Shown in pieces: positions 58,816-64,000 of a stretch of DNA of 64,000 nucleotides. A program made the position numbers and the translations under genes. How positions within the stretch are numbered: position 1 is the first letter of the stretch; each line of letters starts with the position of its first letter. The notes beneath the pieces are model-generated. The model had not been told where the DNA came from. It worked only from the letters and a program-made list of their open reading frames with translations, and did not search any database. Source of the stretch: Candidatus Poribacteria bacterium (GTDB lineage Bacteria > Poribacteria > WGA-4E > WGA-3G); NCBI GenBank assembly GCA_964291315.2, contig OZ219753.1:2784001-2848000 (forward strand), in the 5' to 3' direction.

Positions 58816-61689
58816 CTATTTGTCAGACGATTTGAGCTCTCCCCACCGCGTTGTGAGCTTACCCCTCGCAGAGACATCGCCCCGCAGATGCGTCGTCCGT
58901 AACGTTGTGCGCACCCCGTCCATAGAGACGTCTTCTATCTGGTAGTAATAGACCACATTCGGCTTCGCAGCGGTATCTGTGTAGCGATACACATGCTTCT
59001 CGGAGGTCGTGCCGTGCCCTGCAATTAGACCCTTGGTGTTGATAACCGAAAACTCACCCGTCTTGCTCTCGCTGCGCAGGATATTAAACCCGGCGTTGTT
59101 GAGTTCGGACTGCGTTACCCACGTAATCTCAACGTGGCCTGTCGAGGCATCGCGCACAGGCCGGAAACTCGAGAGTGAAACCGGCAACGGACCACCGACC
59201 CGATAGCCGGGGGAACTGATATCGTCGCGGTGTCCGTAGTACGTCAGCGAGGCACCTGCTAGGTTTGACTGCCGCCAAGAGGCTTGCATCAACCCATTAT
59301 CGGGATTCGAACCGCCTTTATACGTGCGGGTGATAGACATCCGCATCTCACCGCGCTCGGGCAGATCCCAGGCGTGGGTGCGCACCGTCCCCGCTATCTC
59401 AAGGTTGCCGGCTGTGTCCACAGCTATCAACGCCGAGTCACCGGCTTTGTTGACCTTCGCACGCAGCTCCAGATGGAAGCCCGCCGCACTCAGCAGCTGC
59501 CGACCCTGTATTGTCAAACCCAGGGCAGTCCCGTGCCTCTCCTGCAAGTTATAGATGTAGTTCTCCGCTACATCGTTCGCACCATTGTTCGACACCAGCA
59601 GCAACGTCTGATTCGGCGGCAGATACGTGTCCGCAGCAAATGTGAACTTCGCATTGACATACGAACCTGTCACTGTCCGCTCGTTGCGGACCTCTAACTC
59701 CCAGCCCGCAAGGTCTATGGTCTCGCTCATAGAGCTGTTGTAGAGCTCTATCCACTGCACCAAGTTTGAGCGGGGACCCGCATCATACATAATCTCGCTG
59801 ATGCTCACTTTGCCATCGAAGGCGTAGTCATCGTCAGTCGATGCGGTGTTTTTGTCATCCGCGATCATACTCACCCCTATGTTCGGGTACCCGGGCGTGC
59901 CAGGGGCACTCGCTGTGTCAACCGTTTTATCGCGCCCGCGATCGTAGCCGGCACCCATGAAACCGAACGTCATCCAATCGTCTTTGTGAACGCGGTTCGC
60001 ACGAGACTTCGCCCAATACATGCCCTTCGAGCTCAACTGGGCCCCCCGACCGAACGACATACTCGTAGAGGCGAAGGTGTTCATGCTACCGAAGTCCTCA
60101 ACGTCTCCCGGGGCAGACCACGCTACAAACGGCCACACACTTGTATCGAACTTCTTATCTTCCATGCGCTTGAAGAAACCGTTGCCGACGTAGTCCTTGA
60201 CGTTTGACGGCTTGCCAACGTCATCGGCATGATTCCGTGTGCGCAGCAGGATCAGGAACTTGCCTTCAGCGGGCAGCTTCAGGTCTGTCTCGACCACATA
60301 CTTGTGCGTGGCACCCTTTTTGATGTGCGTTTTCGCAGAGAGATCCTGAAGTTTTTCACCGCCAGCAAACGTAACACTCTTCCCAGGCTCCCGGTTATAG
60401 ATCACGACATACTCGCCCGGTTTCATCTCGTATTTCGGCAGCACCGCGAGTTTGGTCTCCGTGAAGTTGGCATCGCCCGACTCGTGATAGCTCCCATCAG
60501 CCTTCATCTTCCCCATCACCAGGCTCAACTTATAGTTCTCTATATTCACGGGCTTGGCTTCGGGATCATCACTGTTATAGAAGAGCTCTATCCAATCCAA
60601 GTTCGCACTTGAGGGATCGTTACGCACCTCGTTGATGATGATGCCTGTAGGAGAGATAGAGGCGGGGGTCATATTGAACAAAGCTGCACCCGGTCCACCC
60701 GGATTAAGCGAGTGAACGTCCCCCGGACTCGCTATGTAATTACCCCTGAGGATATACTTACCCTTATATTTAGATGCCTCCCAGGAGCTTGCTTCGTTGC
60801 CTTCCCCGAGGCCCTTCGGTTTTCCGTTTTCATAGGCATACGCCATCCGCGTGGCATCCAGCTCGATCTTGCGATACATGGAGACCATCGCATTGGCTGG
60901 ATCGCTTGTATCCCTACCATCCGTAGGTGTATCAGTGAGATCCGCTTCGGTAATGGTAGAGGGATCCGCGTTGTGGTCACCATCGGCATCGGCAGTATCG
61001 CCATCCGCACCTTTCAGCTCCCACGGGTTACCAAAACGATCGATCGTGGCGACACGATCCAAAACAACAAACTTGCGGTCAGCTGTGCCCGCATTATTAT
61101 CAGCGTCCCACATGAACGTCTCGCCCGGTTCGGGGACAACGGCTTTGTCTAAACGGGGATGCGTGTGCCATCTGATATAATCGTTGGCTTTCAAAGCGGC
61201 GCCAGCGTTATAGAGTTCAAACCATTGGGCACCGGTTCTGCGCGGGAAATCCGTTCCCCAATTCACCTCGGTGATGACGATGCGGTGCTTCATCTTCATC
61301 AGATCCGCATCTGAGGCGTCGGCTTTCAGGGTATGGTTGGCAGCGCCATCGGTGGTAATTTCGGCTGCTAGCGGCACCCGCATTGAGATTGTGATTGCGC
61401 CGCCGCGCACCAGTAAATCCTTCAGGTCTGGCAAATCAGGGATCGCCCGCGCATGTACAGTGTGCTCTATACGCTGGTTAGCGAGTTTATCCCTGTACGC
61501 TGAAAACTCGGGATAAACGAGACCGTAACCCTTCATAATGATCGTAAAGCCCTTGGATTTCTTGAGTTCAGTCCACAGCGTATAGCTAGCCCGGCCATCC
61601 CCTGGGCCAGTGACACCAAAAGCGTGTGTGGTTGCAAAAATAGATACGAGTGCTAAGACTACGAAAATTCTAATTTTATTCCATAACAT
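58816..61689 (-). CDS. Large secreted lamin-tail-domain protein (paralog B)
   Basis: Colinear with paralog A; shared RBS context AATAACAGAGGAG places the start at MLWNK (61689). Confidence 0.85.
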   Translation of the reverse strand: MLWNKIRIFVVLALVSIFATTHAFGVTGPGDGRASYTLWTELKKSKGFTIIMKGYGLVYPEFSAYRDKLANQRIEHTVHARAIPDLPDLKDLLVRGGAITISMRVPLAAEITTDGAANHTLKADASDADLMKMKHRIVITEVNWGTDFPRRTGAQWFELYNAGAALKANDYIRWHTHPRLDKAVVPEPGETFMWDADNNAGTADRKFVVLDRVATIDRFGNPWELKGADGDTADADGDHNADPSTITEADLTDTPTDGRDTSDPANAMVSMYRKIELDATRMAYAYENGKPKGLGEGNEASSWEASKYKGKYILRGNYIASPGDVHSLNPGGPGAALFNMTPASISPTGIIINEVRNDPSSANLDWIELFYNSDDPEAKPVNIENYKLSLVMGKMKADGSYHESGDANFTETKLAVLPKYEMKPGEYVVIYNREPGKSVTFAGGEKLQDLSAKTHIKKGATHKYVVETDLKLPAEGKFLILLRTRNHADDVGKPSNVKDYVGNGFFKRMEDKKFDTSVWPFVAWSAPGDVEDFGSMNTFASTSMSFGRGAQLSSKGMYWAKSRANRVHKDDWMTFGFMGAGYDRGRDKTVDTASAPGTPGYPNIGVSMIADDKNTASTDDDYAFDGKVSISEIMYDAGPRSNLVQWIELYNSSMSETIDLAGWELEVRNERTVTGSYVNAKFTFAADTYLPPNQTLLLVSNNGANDVAENYIYNLQERHGTALGLTIQGRQLLSAAGFHLELRAKVNKAGDSALIAVDTAGNLEIAGTVRTHAWDLPERGEMRMSITRTYKGGSNPDNGLMQASWRQSNLAGASLTYYGHRDDISSPGYRVGGPLPVSLSSFRPVRDASTGHVEITWVTQSELNNAGFNILRSESKTGEFSVINTKGLIAGHGTTSEKHVYRYTDTAAKPNVVYYYQIEDVSMDGVRTTLRTTHLRGDVSARGKLTTRWGELKSSDK

Positions 61690-61763
61690 TACGTGCATTC
61701 TCCTCTGTTATTGATATTGGTTAAATATAGAGACGATGAGAGATGACTGCCCTCATGGTCTGT

Positions 61764-62876
61764 TTATGCTGCGGAGGGTTCGAGTCGCATCGGCATAATA
61801 ACTGAAATGTAGTCCTCCGAGCCGACGGGTTTAAGGATGACGGGGTTAAACTCGCCTGAAAATTCTATTGAGACAGACTCGGTTTCTATGTGAGATAAGG
61901 CTTCTGTGAGCAGGCGTGCGTCAAAACCGATTCGGACGCTTCCAGTGCCTGACTCAACAGGGAGTGTCTCGTGTGCTTCCCCTAATGTTGGTGTCTTGGT
62001 AGAGACTCGTATCTCTTCTGGATCAATCTCTAAGGAGATGGAGAAGTTCTTGGGGTTTGAGAGCACGGAGACGCGTCGAGTTGCGCGTAAAATGCGATCT
62101 TTTGCGACGACTGTTCTGCCTTCGCTCATCTCGGGGATGATTTTCTCATAATTTGGATAATCCCCCTCGACGAGGCGTGCTGTGAGTGTGGCGTTGTCGT
62201 CTTTAAAGAGAATCTGATTTTCGGAGAGGGAAACGTCTACTTCCCCGGATTTCTGAAAGGTCCGCTCGATCTCCTTGACGGCTTTCAAGGGGACGATGAA
62301 TCCCTTAGTTTCGCCTGGGGAGTTGAGCGGTTCGCAATATGCGACGGCAAGTCTGTTGCCGTCGGTAGCGACGACTTCTGTTTTGTGTTCGAGGAAGTTG
62401 AAGTAGAGTCCGTTTAGATAGTATCGGACTTCCTCTGTGGATGCTGCATATTCAGTTTTCTGCAGGAGGCTGCGTAGCGTCTCTCCGCCGACAGAGACAG
62501 GATCGCCTTCTATAGTGGGGAGTTGTGGAAACTCTTCGTCAGACATCCCGATAATTTTGTAGACACCATCTCCACAGGTGAGCTCGACACGGTCGTTTGC
62601 GGTTGTGGCGAGGTTTATTGGTTCATCGTTTGGGAGTTCTTTGACGATGTCGCCTAATTTTTTGGCGGAGACCGTAATTGCCCCGTCCTCTGTGATTGTT
62701 CCTTCAACCTTGATTCTGATACCGATTTCAAGGTCGGTTGCGACGCATTCAATGGTGTTCTCTTGGGCGTGAATGAGGACGTTTGAGAGAATAGGCAAGG
62801 TATTCCGTCCGCTTGCAACGCCTTGCAGTACCTGTAGTGCGTATAGGAGGTCGTCTCTTTCAAAAGTTAGTTCCAT
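61764..62876 (-). CDS. dnaN: DNA polymerase III beta sliding clamp, copy A
   Basis: LPILSNV, ATDLE, RYYLNG, ATDGxRL, LVEGDYPNY, IMPMR. Confidence 0.97.
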   Translation of the reverse strand: MELTFERDDLLYALQVLQGVASGRNTLPILSNVLIHAQENTIECVATDLEIGIRIKVEGTITEDGAITVSAKKLGDIVKELPNDEPINLATTANDRVELTCGDGVYKIIGMSDEEFPQLPTIEGDPVSVGGETLRSLLQKTEYAASTEEVRYYLNGLYFNFLEHKTEVVATDGNRLAVAYCEPLNSPGETKGFIVPLKAVKEIERTFQKSGEVDVSLSENQILFKDDNATLTARLVEGDYPNYEKIIPEMSEGRTVVAKDRILRATRRVSVLSNPKNFSISLEIDPEEIRVSTKTPTLGEAHETLPVESGTGSVRIGFDARLLTEALSHIETESVSIEFSGEFNPVILKPVGSEDYISVIMPMRLEPSAA

Positions 62877-62932
62877 TCCAAGTTCTCCTTCTTCTTTTAT
62901 CTGATAAAAAGCTTAACAAGTTCCTCTCATGT

Positions 62933-62961
62933 AGTATAACATATTATTGTAGATATATCAA
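62933..62961 (-). promoter_or_regulatory. Own sigma70-type promoter of dnaN copy A
   Basis: TTGATA, 17-nt spacer (TG extension), TATACT. Confidence 0.6.
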
Positions 62962-63093
62962 AAAAAAACGAATTTTGATCAGAACTGAAAAATATATGCT
63001 TATATCTGTTCTACTCTACAATCGCTTGAAGAAGGCCGGCCCGATTGCGATCGGGAAGTGCGGCTATCTAACACCGCAATCCCCAGGGTCTGT

Positions 63094-64000
63094 TTATGCG
63101 GCGGAGGGTTCGAGTCGCATCGGCATGATAAGCGAGAGGTAGTCCTCCGAGCCGACGGGTTTGAGGATGACCGGGTTCAACTCGCCTGAAAATTCTATTG
63201 AGACAGATTCGGTTTCTATGTGAGATAACGCTTCTGTGAGCAGGCGTGCGTCAAAACCGATTCGGACGCTTCCAGTGCCTGACTCAACAGGGAGTGTCTC
63301 GTGTGCTTCCCCTAATGTTGGTGTCTTTGCAGAGACTCGTATTTCTTCTGTATCCATCTCTAAGGAGATGGAGAAGTTCTTCGGGTTTGAGAGCACGGAG
63401 ACGCGTCGAGTTGCGCGTAAAATGCGATCTTTTGCGACGACTGTTCTGCCTTCACTCATCTCGGGGATGATTTTCTCATAATTTGGATAATCCCCCTCGA
63501 CGAGGCGTGCTGTGAGTGTGGCGTTGTCGTCTTTAAAGAGAATCTGATTTTCGGAGAGGGAAACGTCTACTTCCCCGGATTTCTGAAAGGTCCGCTCGAT
63601 CTCCTTGACGGCTTTCAAGGGGACGATGAATCCCTTAGTTTCGCCTGGGGGGTTGAGCGGTTCGCAATGTGCAAGGGCAAGCCGCTTGCCGTCGGTAGCG
63701 ACGACTTCTGTTTTGTGTTCGAGGAAGTTGAAGTAGAGTCCGTTTAGATAGTATCGGACTTCCTCTGTGGATGCTGCATATTCAGTTTTCTGTAGGAGGC
63801 CGCGCAGCGTCTCTCCGCCGACAGAGACAGGGTCGCCTTCTATAGTGGGGAGTTGTGGAAACTCTTCGTCAGACATCCCGATAATTTTGTAGACACCATC
63901 TCCACAGGTGAGCTCGACGCGGTCGTTTGCGGTTGTGGCGAGGTTTATTGGTTCATCGTTTGGGAGTTCTTTGACGATGTCGCCTAATTTTTTGGCGGAG
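63094..64000 (-). CDS. dnaN: DNA polymerase III beta sliding clamp, copy B (5' end beyond the window)
   Basis: Near-identical to copy A at offset 1330; the frame is open to the window edge. Confidence 0.95.
   Translation of the reverse strand, partial: SAKKLGDIVKELPNDEPINLATTANDRVELTCGDGVYKIIGMSDEEFPQLPTIEGDPVSVGGETLRGLLQKTEYAASTEEVRYYLNGLYFNFLEHKTEVVATDGKRLALAHCEPLNPPGETKGFIVPLKAVKEIERTFQKSGEVDVSLSENQILFKDDNATLTARLVEGDYPNYEKIIPEMSEGRTVVAKDRILRATRRVSVLSNPKNFSISLEMDTEEIRVSAKTPTLGEAHETLPVESGTGSVRIGFDARLLTEALSHIETESVSIEFSGELNPVILKPVGSEDYLSLIMPMRLEPSAA

Overview
Bacterial chromosomal window of about 45 genes. It most likely comes from Candidatus Poribacteria; this is an inference from the PhyH dioxygenases, LamG, lamin-tail and FGE-sulfatase proteins, a DUF6785-like membrane protein and a recurring C-terminal 'KLxTxWxxxK' tail. 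Housekeeping and metabolic genes include proA, thrC, recD2, dtd, hisB, nadC, a glycogen cluster (glgC, glgP, glgB and a divergent GT3-like synthase) and several sugar isomerases and oxidoreductases. Four things stand out. (1) A Type III restriction-modification locus has two tandem mod alleles with near-identical N- and C-terminal DNA but unrelated central target-recognition regions; the copy next to res is frameshifted. (2) Two tandem near-identical dnaN (beta-clamp) genes differ at several positions of the partner-binding pocket. (3) Five signal-peptide proteins of three unrelated folds share one short C-terminal motif, a candidate protein-sorting signal. (4) A phased array of about 22-bp motifs lies upstream of an FGE-domain adhesin-like gene. 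I saw no rRNA, tRNA, CRISPR array, transposase or reverse transcriptase. All family calls are by motif recognition, with no database search.
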